A DNA stretch of 64,000 bases from positions 73,904,001 to 73,968,000 of the forward strand of contig OX597817.1 in the NCBI GenBank assembly GCA_951406725.2. The letters run 5' to 3'. Position 1 is the stretch's first letter. Each line of letters opens with the position of its first letter. The notes under the pieces were generated by a model that was not told where the DNA came from, ran no database searches, and worked only from the letters and a program-made list of their open reading frames with translations. This document shows positions 1 through 14,416 of this stretch, piece by piece. A program made the translations under genes and the position numbers. The stretch is from Octopus vulgaris (lineage: Eukaryota).

Positions 1-980
1 TATTTATAAGTGTCTATTTGCAAGAGTGCATCTATATATTTAAAACATTATTTAATTTTTATTTCAAGGTGGGGAATATCGGCGAATTGCTTAGCGATAT
101 AAATTTGTGTTCAGTTACTGTCATTACCTGATGTAGTCCTAAATATGAAAAAAGAAACAGGCTGGAAGATCTTTGATTATAATTTTGTTCAGTCAGAAAC
201 GTCTATGTGATAGTTCTGCTAAAAAGCTATAAATCATAAGCTGGGCTAGATAAAAAAAATCTTGTATACACAAATTCGATGAGGTCTCCCGCATAGTCTC
301 CAACATTAATTAGCGAAAGTACATTTTGTTGCGGGAGCGCTGCATGTCTTCTACAATTTATGTATATAGATATATAATATGCAGACTGCAATGTATTTAC
401 ATATATGTATTTGCGCATCCGAGTAGAAATATATATACATAAACTTGCATGCATGTATGCATTTGTGCATGTATATGTATATGTGTATATGTATAATACT
501 TTTTTTTTGGAACGGTGGAAGTTGAAACCGATAAAGCTATAACTTATAACGTGTAAATACTGGGCCAAAAAGGAAACTTTGGATAGAAAGAAGATCTGAG
601 GGCTGCTCGAACACACATCCGCGGTAAACATGATAGACGCTCTACCATATGACCAAAGCAATTCTTACCTTCGAGAACTGATTGTTGTTGAAAGTCATCA
701 GAATTTATATACTTGAAAGAGCATGAAATAATTATTTTTTGTCTTTATATATTTTTTTTTATCGTTTTGGAACGATGAAACTCCGAGCAGAAAAATCTAA
801 AAATACACAAAGAGTCGTTTTAAAGAAACATCTACATGTTTTACAATTTTAAACACGTAGATGCATTCTTTGTGCTTTAGTTTGCAAAGTTAGTAGAAAT
901 ATGATTTACTAAATGTACCACACAAGAAAAAAAATCATTGCTGCGACTAGTAGTCATCATTTAAAAAGAAAAATTGCGAA

Positions 981-1064
981 TGTCAGAAGTGGGATTCGAA
1001 CCCACGCCGGGAAGACCCGACTGCGACCTGAACGCAGCGCCTTAGACCGCTCGGCCATCCTGAC
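981..1064 (-). tRNA. tRNA-Leu(CAG)
   Basis: Reverse complement GTCAGGATGGCCGAGCGGTCTAAGGCGCTGCGTTCAGGTCGCAGTCGGGTCTTCCCGGCGTGGGTTCGAATCCCACTTCTGACA folds into a full cloverleaf with long variable arm, CAG anticodon and intact A and B boxes. A T5 Pol III terminator lies just downstream (AAAAA at 969-973 on +). Confidence 0.96.
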
Positions 1065-1233
1065 TTGCTGATTGTCAGGTTGACATTTTAACATGTTATC
1101 AGCGATGACAAAGAATAGTAATTTGTGGTGTAATTTTTTAGTTGTATTTTTGTGTTCTCTTAGTGTGTGTGTATGTGTGCTTACGTGCGTGTGTGCGAGC
1201 TTCTGTGTATGTATGTGCACACATATATACATG

Positions 1234-1234
<1 letters not shown>

Positions 1235-1326
<92 letters not shown>
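1235..1326. repeat. (ATAG)n microsatellite
   Basis: Perfect tetranucleotide array. Confidence 0.95.
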
Positions 1327-1327
<1 letters not shown>

Positions 1328-3058
1328 TTACTGATGTTGTTGTTGTTGTTGTTGGGAGAGAATGACTGAGTTAAGAATTTCGCTGTGTAATCATGAGATC
1401 CTGGGTTCTATCCCAATGTATAGCATCTCAGGAAAATGTATACTTATAAAGTAAAAAGGCGCTGCTAATGCTGGGAAAACATGAAGCACAACTTCAGAAG
1501 CAGTGTTCAGGAAAACCCCCAATAGTCAAAAGTACTGTATATCTGTTGTCGCTATAGTATGAACTTACTACGTTTTCAAGTTATTGGTTTGAAAATAACT
1601 ATTATTGCGCGTGTGCATGCGTGTGTGTGTATGTATGTGTGTGTTTGTGTGTGTGTAACCGAAATTATTTTATGAGTTTTTCACTCATTCAGCAGCTTGA
1701 TAGAATCAACTGCTGGAGAGGTTTAAGATCTCTTTAAAATGTGAAAAGCGAAACAGACTAGAGTGCAACGTAAGACGTAGGCAAAAGTTGTACTTAAAAG
1801 CTTAGAATTATAGACATAAACCCACAAATAAGTAATGCATGGGTAGTGACTAGGCAATGTCATGCCAATGTAAGAGCTGTGTTTAGGCAGGGAAAGTTTG
1901 AAAAGTTTGTATGTATCTCGGTTGGGCTTAGTTTCTGGCAAATCCAACACAACTATACATATAGAGTTGATCCCAACCAGAAATATCCTCTTGTAGCTCT
2001 GCCAGACCGATGTCTCGGAAATTGTTCATAATATCAGCCATAATTGTCAGCATAAGAGGTGCTGGTCAGACGGTCTTCATAGATACGCAAAATTGTTCCC
2101 AGCTAACCGTCACTCATATTTTGAACTCTATTGAACAGAAAGCGTTGTTCTGCTAGTAGAAATCTAAGCGCACCTGGCAATAATTCAGAACAAACGTCAA
2201 CCACGGCCTGCACTTGACCAAAGACTGCTGCTGGATCACCTCAATAGACGTCATTGATTGGTTGAAATTGCCGAAATGCAAGAAGTTAAACAACAAATAG
2301 CTTACAAACTACAGAATTTTCTCAAGAAAGCCAAGAGAAAAATATGTTTTATGTAACACACTACCAGCATACGAAGTTTAAAAGTGTTTAGTTACAAAGA
2401 AATTATTTTAAAAATCTGCCGGTCAAAGCGAAAAGATCCCGATGGTTGTTTTTTTAGTCTAGTTGATTTCTAGTTTTTACCACGGCTAGTACACGAACAC
2501 CGCGCTTCATTTAAAAGCAATGCAGATTCGTGACAATCGATATTGTGTATAGATATGTGTCTTTTCGGACCGCTAGCACAACCTAGGTTTTCTAGGCTTT
2601 GTATGATCCCTAATTATTTCTGGTCTTTTTGTGTAGATCTAAAACACCGGACATGAAATATTGTGTGCCAAGTTTGTATCTTTTGTCATATTGAATGATT
2701 TTGCGAAACTTGGACATTTCGGTATTTGAAATTGTCCAAAATAATCTTTGCAAGGATCGTATCCCGGTCAAGAAGACCTCCCCGCCTTTGTTGCATAATG
2801 GAAATATTTCAAAAACCGACTTTGTTTTCTAACCTTAATGATGTGTAGACAACATTCCCAACTATTCAATAAAGGTCCTAATATGAAATAAGAACCCAAA
2901 TTGAAAATCCTTTGCTTCTGCTACGCATGAAAATCATCGGGTAAATTCAGAATAAAAATTGTTCATGCCGTCGGTAGCAAATTGTTGTTGATGTTTAAAC
3001 TATTGTTCACACACACACACAAATACGAGCTCTGATCAATTAAATCTGTACTATATTT

Positions 3059-3115
3059 ATGTTGCTGACGAATTAGATCTCTCGTTCGATCGAAAACAGT
3101 ATTGTGTTTAAACAT
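3059..3115 (+). ncRNA. Degenerate type I hammerhead-ribozyme-like motif
   Basis: atgtt-g-CTGACGA-atta-gatc..gatc-GAAAAC..GTTTA-aacat. Stems I, II and III can be drawn, but with extra nucleotides next to the core. Confidence 0.35.
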
Positions 3116-3241
3116 GTTGATGTGTTCTTAGGCATTTGCAGGTGATGTCTAAATCACTAGACTAACTATCTACTATATCTATCATGCAATGGAAATCCAT
3201 TACTACAACTATTAGTGTTCTATAACAGAGAGAAAAAGAAA

Positions 3242-3325
3242 TGTCACGAGTGGGATTCGAACCCACGCCGGGAAGAGCCGACTGCGACCTGAACACAGCG
3301 CCTTAGACCACTCGGCCATCCTGAC
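3242..3325 (-). tRNA. tRNA-Leu(CAG), second copy, possibly pseudogene
   Basis: Near-identical to 981-1064 but with a G-G mismatch in the acceptor stem (GTCAGGA/TCGTGAC), a new G-U in the anticodon stem and a variable-arm mismatch. A and B boxes and a downstream T-run are retained. Confidence 0.85.
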
Positions 3326-3532
3326 TTACCGATTACAGTAATGACACTTTATATTTTTGCCAGTAATAACGTGAATATTAGTAAATCGTCTTGTATTTAT
3401 TCGTGGTGTGTATTTGTGTCTGTACAATAGTAACTATATAATAATATATCATAATATATATACACCTCGATTTCAAGCGACATTTATCTAAACGATTGAC
3501 TAAAGCTCATCATTTTTCAGTCAATCATTTAC

Positions 3533-4121
<589 letters not shown>

Positions 4122-7100
4122 TACTCTTTTACTCTTTTACTTGTTTCAGCCATCCGGCTGAGGCCATGCTGGGGCACCGCCCTTGTTGCTACCCTCTCTA
4201 AGTCCAGTTTGCCGTGGCTGGCCACTGATCTAAGAGAGAGTTTGTAGCTGCTGCCCTTAGGTTACCTTCGTACCTTGCAGTGGGTTCATCTGGGATCCCG
4301 GAAAGCAGCTTGTCTAGATGTTTTTTGAAAATGTCCACATCCGCATCATGTAGATCTCTTAGTTTTCTTGGCAGTTTGTTGAAAAGCTGAGGGCCCCTGA
4401 ACCCCAGGCTATTACAGTATCTGCTCCTTACCCTGGATGTGGAAGACGGGACCTTTGGCACCACACAGTGACGTCCTGTACGGGGATTGGAACAGCTCTC
4501 AATTCCAAAATTTGGTGCTAGTCCCTCCAGGATTTTCCATATGTATATCACTGCATATCTCTCTCGTCTTCGTTCCAAGGAGTACAAATTGAGTTCCCTA
4601 AGCCTCTCCCAATAGTTCTTTTCTTTCATGGTGGAAATCCTCTTGGTGAAATGTCTTTGGATTGTCTCGAGCTCTGTGGTTAGTTTGACACTATGCGGTG
4701 ACCACAGTTGGGAGCAGTAGTCCGGGCGGCTTAGGACAAATGTCCTCCATAGTGTCAACATGGTCTCGCAGTCTCTTGTCCGGAATGTCCTCAGGATCCA
4801 GCCAGTGAGTCGTCTGCACATTGTCGCCACCTTCGCGATGTGTGAAGAAAAAGATGCATCGTCACTCATGTCTATCCCCAGGTCCCGTATTGATTTCGAT
4901 ACTGGGATTTCGATCCCTCCTGGACCAGTATAGTTGTGTTGTAATGTATATGTGTTTACAGCTTGATATTGTAAGGCTTGAAATTTACCAGCATTAAATT
5001 GCATGTTGTTGTCTTCAGCCCATTTGTATATGGCATCCAGATCTTGTTGTAAAAGGTCAGCATCAGCTGGGTTTTTGATTGCCTGTGCTACCTTTGTGTC
5101 ATCAGCATAGCTAGTGAGGGATGTTGTTTGTGCTACCAAGGGCATGTCAGAGAGCGCCACCAAAAACAGCAAGGGTCCCAAGACTGTGCCCTGTGGCACC
5201 CCGCTTGCTATTGGTGTCTTTCCCGAGAGGGCTCCATTGGCTGCAACCATCTGGCTTCTGTCCTTCAGGAAGGCATGTATCCACTCACCTACTTTTCCTG
5301 TTATGCCGAGTCTGAGTAATTTGTGACATATCACTCCGTGGTCGACTTTGTCAAAGGCCTTCGCAAAGTCGAGATATACCACATCCACCTGTGAGCGATC
5401 CAGTAGTTGTTTCAGTACCCAGTCGTAGTGTTGTAACAGCTGCGTAAGGCAGCTTCTTCCTGGGCGAAAGCCATGCTGTGTGTCAGTGAGACGGTTAGTT
5501 TCTTCGAGGAACGTGATCAGTTTTTTTCTGATGATTCGTTCCATGACCTTACTTATGTGTGACGTCAGGGAGACTGGCCTGTAGTTTTTGGCCTCTGCTC
5601 TACTCCCTCCTTTGTGGATAGGGCATATGGTGCCTTCTTTTAGCGCCCTGGGCAGTTTACCGTTAGCCAAGGAACCACTGAAGAGCTTCTTCAGTGGTCC
5701 CGCTAGGGCATGCCTGCATGTTTTTAGGAGGACTGCTGGGAATCCATCTGGTCCAGCAGCTGAGTTTATTCTCATTTCTTCTATGGCAGATATTACATCC
5801 CTCTCTGTTATGTCTATGTGGTCGATGGTTGTTGTTTGGTTTTGGAGTGTTGTGGCATCAAAGAAAACTTCTGGGTTTGTGATTTGCATGTGCCCCAGAG
5901 GGGATGTGAACACACTTTTATACTGTTCCTTTAGTATTTCACTTATCCCTTGGGGGTCCTCAGTTAGAGAGCCCTTTTTATCAAAGAGTGGGCCAATCTT
6001 GCAGTGTACCGAGGTGGTTTCTTTCGCAAATTTAAAGAAGGCTTTAGGGTTTGTTTTAATATTCTCTATGGCCCTGGCTTCTCTCTCTGCCCTCTCCTTT
6101 TCATAGGAAAGTTTGAGTGCAGTTTCCGTTTCAAAAAGTTTCAGGTGGAGTCCCTCATTGTTTCTCTGCCGTGTATTCAGTTGCTTCGAGAGCTTAGCTC
6201 TTCGCCTCATAAGTATTTTCCTGTCTCTGGGAATAACGTTCCTATGCCCGCTGGCTTTTTTCTCCGGGACAAACTTATGGCATATGTTCTGTATTGTTGT
6301 CATGAAATGTTGGAAATGTGTGTTGGTGTCTTGTGTGGTGATGAAGACACTCCAGTCATGTTTTCGGATCTCTTCGTTGATCTTCTTCCAGTTTGCCTTA
6401 TGGAAGTTTAGACTGGATAGGCCTGTGGTATTTTCTAATGGCTGCGTCTCAACTAACTCTCTCATACCATATATCATTACCTCTACTAAGTTGTGATCTG
6501 AGAGAATTGTTGGTGTTACCATTATGTTGTGGATGAGCATCGGGTTGCTTGTGAAACAGAGGTCCAAGACATTCTCACCTCTTGTTGGCCAAAGCACTGC
6601 TTGCTCCATGAAAAACTTGCGTGTGAGAGCCAACAAGGACTCTGTCTGTCTCTGTTCAAGTGATGTCATTCCAGGGAGGAGATGGCCATCTGGCCATTTG
6701 ACTTTCGGAAGGTTAAAATCTCCCAGCAGTAGAATGGTGTTACCCTGGTCCAGTTTGTCCAGGACTTCTTCTATTCTTCTGAGGCTATCTTCAAACACTC
6801 CTTCATGACTAGGGGTGTCTGGTGGCCGATATGTGACACATATTACTATTTTCGGTTGTTTCATGTGTACTATCAGTGTGTCACAGACTGAGTTTGAGTG
6901 TGTCAACAGTACTATGGGTGTGACATCTTCACGGACGTACAGGGCAACCCCACCATGAGTTCTTTCCTTCCTTTCCGACCGAAAAACAGTATACTTCGGT
7001 ATGTGTATTTCTGCATCTGCTATACTGCTTGACAGGTGCGTTTCAGTCAGCGCTATGCATATTGCATGGTTGCTTGTGCTCAAGTCCCTAAGGTAAGGAA

Positions 7101-7139
7101 TTTTACCCATATTAGTGGGTTTCACCAGACCTCTGACAT

Positions 7140-8768
<1,629 letters not shown>

Positions 8769-9456
8769 ATACACTAAAGAGATTTACGGCTCGTCGAACA
8801 CCTTAGAGTATACCAACATCGTACAATTCAACATAACGCGTGCTTTGGACCAATCCTTAGGCGATAGATGCCCATAGGGTTGGTTTTCTCTTTGTACATA
8901 ACCGAATATCCTATTTGATACTTACCGACCATAGGGTGGAACCACAGGTTTATCCAATCCTACATGGTGCATATCTTTTCAAGTACCAGATTCTATCTGA
9001 ATCCTTATTTTACTATATATATATATATATATATCTTCTCTATATATAAAACTGAAATGCGTTTTTACCGCTTGGTTCGCTTTCAATGCCACTACATCCC
9101 GTCCGATTCGCTCCAAAATTTACAGGGACATGTAGAATGAGGTGACGATGCGCGTGGGCTACCTTAGAAATCCCTATCTTAAAAGGTGTGGTTGCTAGGG
9201 GCTATCTTCCTACCTCACCCTATTTCCTCCAGTACTCTGTCACTCCTCTTCATTTGACAATGCAACTACCGTTATTTAATGTAAAGTCTTCCTCAAATCA
9301 CTCTGTCGCTATTTACTCTCTTTCAAGAACATTTTCACTCACTCTTATCTCTTACCTTCCTATACATTTTACTCATGTATCTATCAGCGTTCATGGACAG
9401 TAACAAATATTACATCGCCATCCCCATCGCCATCGCATTCTATTGTCTACCTGTCA

Positions 9457-9491
<35 letters not shown>

Positions 9492-9598
9492 TATATCTAA
9501 TATTATATTTTTATTTTTATGCTTTTGTTTTTGGTTTTTTACTGTTTCATTTCCCTATTAGTGGTTTTATCTCTAATTTAATTTCTACAGCGTGCACA

Positions 9599-9631
<33 letters not shown>

Positions 9632-9880
9632 CTATATGTGGCCCCAGTACACCCGAATGAAATCGGGTTCTCTTCATCAAAATGTGAAAAGGGGTCTACA
9701 ATTATCATCGCCACAACTTATGTATGTCTTCCTCACTCACTCACTCTTTTTCCTAATGATAATTATCATCGCCACCACCAACACCACCAACACACAATCT
9801 GGACAATCTTTCTCTTATAACAAATCATGTTTACATTGCAACGACGTCTGCCACCTCCGCCGTCTCTATTTATTCTGCAA

Positions 9881-10078
9881 ATGACCAGAACTCGGGAAAC
9901 TTGGTTTAGTGTTCTATGGTCTATGACCAGAACTCGGGAAACTTGGTTGAGTGTTCTATGGTCTATGACCAGAACTCGGGAAACTTGCTTGACTGTTCTA
10001 TGGTCCATGACCAGAAATCGGGAAACTTGGTTGAGTGTTCTATGGTCTATGACCAGAACTTGGGAAACTTGGTTGAGT
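9881..10078 (+). repeat. 42-bp minisatellite, about 4.7 copies
   Basis: Unit ATGACCAGAACTCGGGAAACTTGGTTGAGTGTTCTATGGTCT starting at 9881, 9923, 9965, 10007 and 10049. Confidence 0.95.
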
Positions 10079-10766
10079 CCTCATCTTATAAAATGTGGCC
10101 CCAGTAGACCCAAATGAAATCGGGTTATGTTAACCAAAAGGTGAAAAGGGGTATAAATGGGGCTGGAAGGGGATTAAAATTTAAAGGAGCGGGTGTTTAG
10201 CAATTCTCTGTTACATCAAGCTAAAACATTTGCGCCAGCCTTTTAATCGTCAATGTGTTGCCGTCCACGAAGAAGAAGTTTTGAATGCTTGCCATCGTGA
10301 GTCTACTGTCGTGAGAAAGAATCAAGTCAAAACTTGGTTTTTAGGGATTTTCTTTTACATCAAGTTCAAAATTTTACGCCAGCCGTTGAACTGTCAATAC
10401 GTTGCTGTCCGTCGTTAAGAAATGCCAGCCATGGTGACTCTACTATCCTCAAATTCTATCCCTTCACACTTTGGTTTCCAATATTTTATTATTTTTATTC
10501 AGCTCGCAAGTTCGTCTGTCCCTTTTTAATGTTAGTGTTTTGCTGTCTGTCTTGAAGCAGACCTTTCCTTTGTAACTGCCTGATATTTATGATTGATCTT
10601 TCTAAATATTTTATTTCTCAACTTACTCAAGATCTTTTGTTGTTTATAAATGGGAGAGAGATACATAAAGATAGAGAGTAAGAGAAAGCGAGGAGAGTCC
10701 GAGAGAAAGGAAGAGTAAGAGAGTGGGGAAAGTGAGAGAGAAAGGAGAAAGAAACAAAGAGGGAGA

Positions 10767-11080
10767 ATCATCATCATCATCATCATCGTTTAACGCCCGT
10801 TTTCCGTGCTAGCACGGGTTGGACAGTTTGACAGGGGTCTGGGAAGCCAGGAGGCTGCACCAGGCTCCAGTCTGATCTGGCAGTGTTTCGACAGGTGGAT
10901 GCCCTTCCTAACGCCAACCACTCTGTGAGCGTAGTGGGTGCTTTTTTCGTGCCGCCTGCACAGGTGCCAGGGGGGCTGGCAGCGGCCACGATCGGTTGGT
11001 GCTTTTTACGTGCCACCAGCACAGAAGCCAGTCAAGGCGGCGCTGCAATCGGCCACGTTCGTATGGTGCTTTTTACGTGC
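10767..11080 (-). mobile_element. Retroposon 3' fragment with (TGA)n tail (RTE-like tail, probable SINE), nested in the Helitron-like element
   Basis: The minus strand ends TCCAACCCGTGCTAGCACGGAAAACGGGCGTTAAACGATGATGATG. The RTE-type assignment is from recall. Confidence 0.55.
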
Positions 11081-11147
11081 TGAAGGGAAGCAACAGAAAG
11101 TAACAACCACACTCTTACCCGCGCGTAGAGCGGGTCACCTTCAGCTA

Positions 11148-11206
<59 letters not shown>

Positions 11207-11211
<5 letters not shown>

Positions 11212-11503
11212 GGACTATCCCGTCGTTAGACGACGTATGAGGGTTCGACAATTTCTTACTGAACAACCACACAGATGATTTGTTTATAGGGATCAAGTGT
11301 TTGTGTTCACATAAGCACACTCCCTTCACCAAATCGACATTACCTGTACAGGTGCACATGCCACGTATCAGATGACGAAAGGTTCACAGACCAACATGAA
11401 ATGAAGTGATTTGCTCAAGAACACAATGCAACGTTCGGTCTAGGAATCGAACCCACGATCACGCAGTCGTGTGTGTGACACCCTGCCCACTAAGCCACGC
11501 GCG
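11207..11503 (-). mobile_element. tRNA-derived SINE
   Basis: Minus-strand head GCGCGTGGCTTAGTGG (A box)...GTGGGTTCGATTCC (B box), followed by a TGTGTTCTTGAGCAAATCACTT central domain. Confidence 0.7.
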
Positions 11504-12161
11504 TTTGTCTCGTTTTGCCCGTAGAGTCGGTGACGTCCGAAATTAAACCTCAGCATCGAATGGATCATTATCGAGAGAGCCTCACTGTACACACTCGGAG
11601 CCGACAATTACCAGCGAAAGACTGCACATTCTCCATCATCCTGCAGTGTCTAGCAACAGAAAATATGAACTATCTTATTGCTGTCGTCAGCGGTACGCCC
11701 TTCAAACCACTTACTGTCGAAAGCCCAGATATACAACCTTAATATTGGCTGCTCCTTAACATTAGCTGCCCTACAACCAAGAACAAGGTTCCTAACCATC
11801 AATTCCTACGCAGACTGCGGGCCGACCCCACAACCTTATACATCGCCTATAAATCATTCACCTCCATAAATATGGTGTGCACATGCAATCACACGTATAT
11901 ACACATACACACACTTTTCAATCATGTACACGCACACACACGCACACCTATGTACGTATACTTCTCTTCTCCTCTCTTCCCTTTCTCCGCACCACAAACC
12001 TCAATCCAACGCCTATCCCTCCGCCCACCAATGCTGCTGCAACTTCACTAGCATAATCTGTCTTAGGCACATCCTCCCCTACCCTCCACACACTTATCCA
12101 ACCAATAACACACTCACAGTCACGCATTCATACATCTGCTCTCTCCTTCTCCCTCTCTCTC

Positions 12162-12217
<56 letters not shown>

Positions 12218-12228
12218 TACATAGATAC

Positions 12229-12335
<107 letters not shown>

Positions 12336-12671
12336 TATTCTACACACACGGAATATACTTTTTTTTACTGCTGAAGCCCCTTCAAAAACATACCAGACTT
12401 CTCTTTTCTAATGCATCTGGTGTCGCTGAAATGCCGATCACGCTTCTAACAACGCCATGTGATCTGCCTTCATCAATAGCTGCCCATTTTCCAGTAACCA
12501 TCTTGGACTTCCTGTATTTCCCCAATTGATAGTCTGAACTTGAATGAGCTAGGTTTCTGTTAGAAACCTGCGAAACTTCAAGTCACTTAGAGCCGAATCA
12601 GACTATTTTAAATAATAATATAATTTCTACTAAATGTGCTGTGTACTTTTTTGTTTAGTTTGTTACTTCAC

Positions 12672-12699
<28 letters not shown>

Positions 12700-12710
<11 letters not shown>

Positions 12711-13010
12711 ACAAAATGGGACAAGAACGCAAAACATCCGGACAGCTAGGTGATACAAAAAGGGATAACAAAACATCCAGATAGACGATACAAGGACGGT
12801 CATTCGAAGTTTTCTTTCTTCAGTCAAGCACCAGATTATCCCCACAATTTCGGCTGATTACTCTTGAGGTTGCTCCAATCTGGCCAGCCCCAAGGAAAAA
12901 CTAAGCTAAGAGCATTAGATTCCTTGGAAGAAAGCAGCGAATGTATACAAAAACAAGGACGGAAAAAACGGACAATATTACACAAATATAAACAACAATA
13001 AAAAAAATAC
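12700..13010. repeat. Interspersed repeat (second copy at 30482-30607), possibly PLE terminal-repeat derived
   Basis: GTAAAAAATACAAAATGGGACAAGAACGCAAAACAT is shared by both copies, and each follows a (GT)n tract. Confidence 0.65.
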
Positions 13011-13015
13011 ACTAT

Positions 13016-13047
<32 letters not shown>

Positions 13048-13050
13048 CAC

Positions 13051-13121
<71 letters not shown>

Positions 13122-13124
<3 letters not shown>

Positions 13125-13309
13125 TTACTCTTTTACTTGTTTCAGTCATTTGACTGCGGCCATGCTGGAGCACCGCCTCTAGTCGACCAAATCGACCCCG
13201 GGACTTATTCTTTGTAAGCCCAGTACTTATTCTATCGGTCTCTTTTGCCGAACCGCTAAGTGACGGGGATGTAAACACACCAGCATCGGTTGGGGGGATA
13301 AACACACAA

Positions 13310-13364
<55 letters not shown>

Positions 13365-13519
13365 TACGACAGGCTTCTTTCAGTTTCTGTCTACCAAATC
13401 CACTCACAAGGCATTGGTCAGCCCGAGACTATAGCAGAAGACACTTGCCCATGTTTCCACGCAGTGGGACTGAACCCGGAATCATGTGGTTGGTTAGCAA
13501 GCTACTTACCACACAGCCA

Positions 13520-13522
<3 letters not shown>
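13122..13522 (-). mobile_element. tRNA-derived SINE family C, near full length, with CR1-group LINE tail
   Basis: Head GAGTGGCTGTGTGGTAAGTAGCTTG...GGGTTCAGTCCC, an internal microsatellite, and tail GGCGGTGCTCCAGCATGGCCGCAGTCAAATGACTGAAACAAGTAAAAGAGTAAAGA. Other copies or fragments lie near 16630-16850, 17290-17355, 28608-28748, 32390-32745, 35995-36297, 44295-44440, 45325-45540, 46520-46720, 51655-51712, 53248-53285 and 58980-59095. Confidence 0.88.
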
Positions 13523-13550
<28 letters not shown>

Positions 13551-13557
<7 letters not shown>

Positions 13558-14047
13558 AAGTAAGGGCAAAAAGAAAGAAATTTCTAATGCCGAAAAATAG
13601 AGATAACGTCAATTTTTCGAAAAAAAGTCTATCAATGGCCAGCATATTAAAAAATACCTTTAAAGTGATGGGCTAGAGAGTTTCTATTTTGGATATATTT
13701 GGGGTACTTAATTGTGCTAATGATTTAGTGTTCGCTTCTTCCATGGGTATAAGTAAGTATGTATTTCACTTATTTCTTTGCCGCATTTATCACTGATGAA
13801 GGGAAGGTTCTTATGAACTAACTCTGAAATCGGGCCCGATATGGTAATAACGGGATTTTTCTAGAAATTTCTGTCGGCTTTCTTCGAAACGCGTGCTTGT
13901 AGTGATAAATTACATGGTTATTGACGTTATGTCTATTTTTCGGCATATTTTGGCATTAGAAATTTGTTCTTTTGCCCTTACTTATAAATTTAACCGTTAA
14001 AGTTATTTTTTAATATGCTGGCTATTGATAGAATTTTTTTCGAAAAA
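13551..14047. repeat. Inverted-repeat element enclosing a hammerhead motif
   Basis: 13551-13612 pairs with 13920-13990, and 13614-13663 pairs with 13997-14047. Flanked by (TA)n. Confidence 0.85.
13785..13910 (+). ncRNA. Type I hammerhead-ribozyme-like motif
   Basis: atttatca-CTGATGA-agggaag...ctttctt-CGAAAC-gcgtgctt-GTA-g-tgataaat, giving an 8-bp stem I and a stem II with a long loop. Confidence 0.7.
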
Positions 14048-14061
14048 TTTTATCCTACATT

Positions 14062-14125
<64 letters not shown>

Positions 14126-14348
14126 TTATATTTGGAGAAATGAATAGAAATGGCTTTTCTGATAATTTTTCCACTTTAATAATTAGATTTTTATAAGTTT
14201 ACGAGAGGTGACTCTGATAGGAGGTTTGCGCTTACCGCTTTTAAGCGGAAAACTCCTAGAGAGTCACCTCTTGTAAACTTATAAAAATCTAATTATTAAA
14301 GCGGAAAAATTATGCGAAGAGCCATTTCTATTCATTTTTCAAATATAT
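14126..14348. repeat. Near-perfect hairpin (about 110-bp arms) between (TA)n tracts
   Basis: aaatgaatagaaatggct/agccatttctattcattt, taataattagatttttataagtttac/gtaaacttataaaaatctaattatta, agaggtgactct/agagtcacctct. Confidence 0.92.
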
Positions 14349-14383
14349 AATACTGTACCAAGGACTTTCTCTTTCTTATCCAC

Positions 14384-14416
<33 letters not shown>

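Larger units (their letters stand above)
9034..11148 (+). mobile_element. Non-autonomous Helitron-like element
   Basis: Starts TC(TTCTCTATATATAAAA), ends with hairpin ACCCGC-gcgtaga-GCGGGT (11117-11135) then CTAG. Inserted between A and T of a (TA)n tract with no TSD. Confidence 0.75.

Noticed and set aside
1723-2031. Short ORFs with SYIGMT (GIY-YIG-like)
   Set aside because: A single short motif with no other supporting residues.
2230-2960. Possible DNA-transposon/MITE remnants here and at 62620-62950
   Set aside because: No paired TIRs, TSDs or second copy within the window.
9881-10078. CRISPR-like periodic repeat
   Set aside because: Head-to-tail 42-bp units with no unique spacers, no cas genes, and a eukaryotic context.
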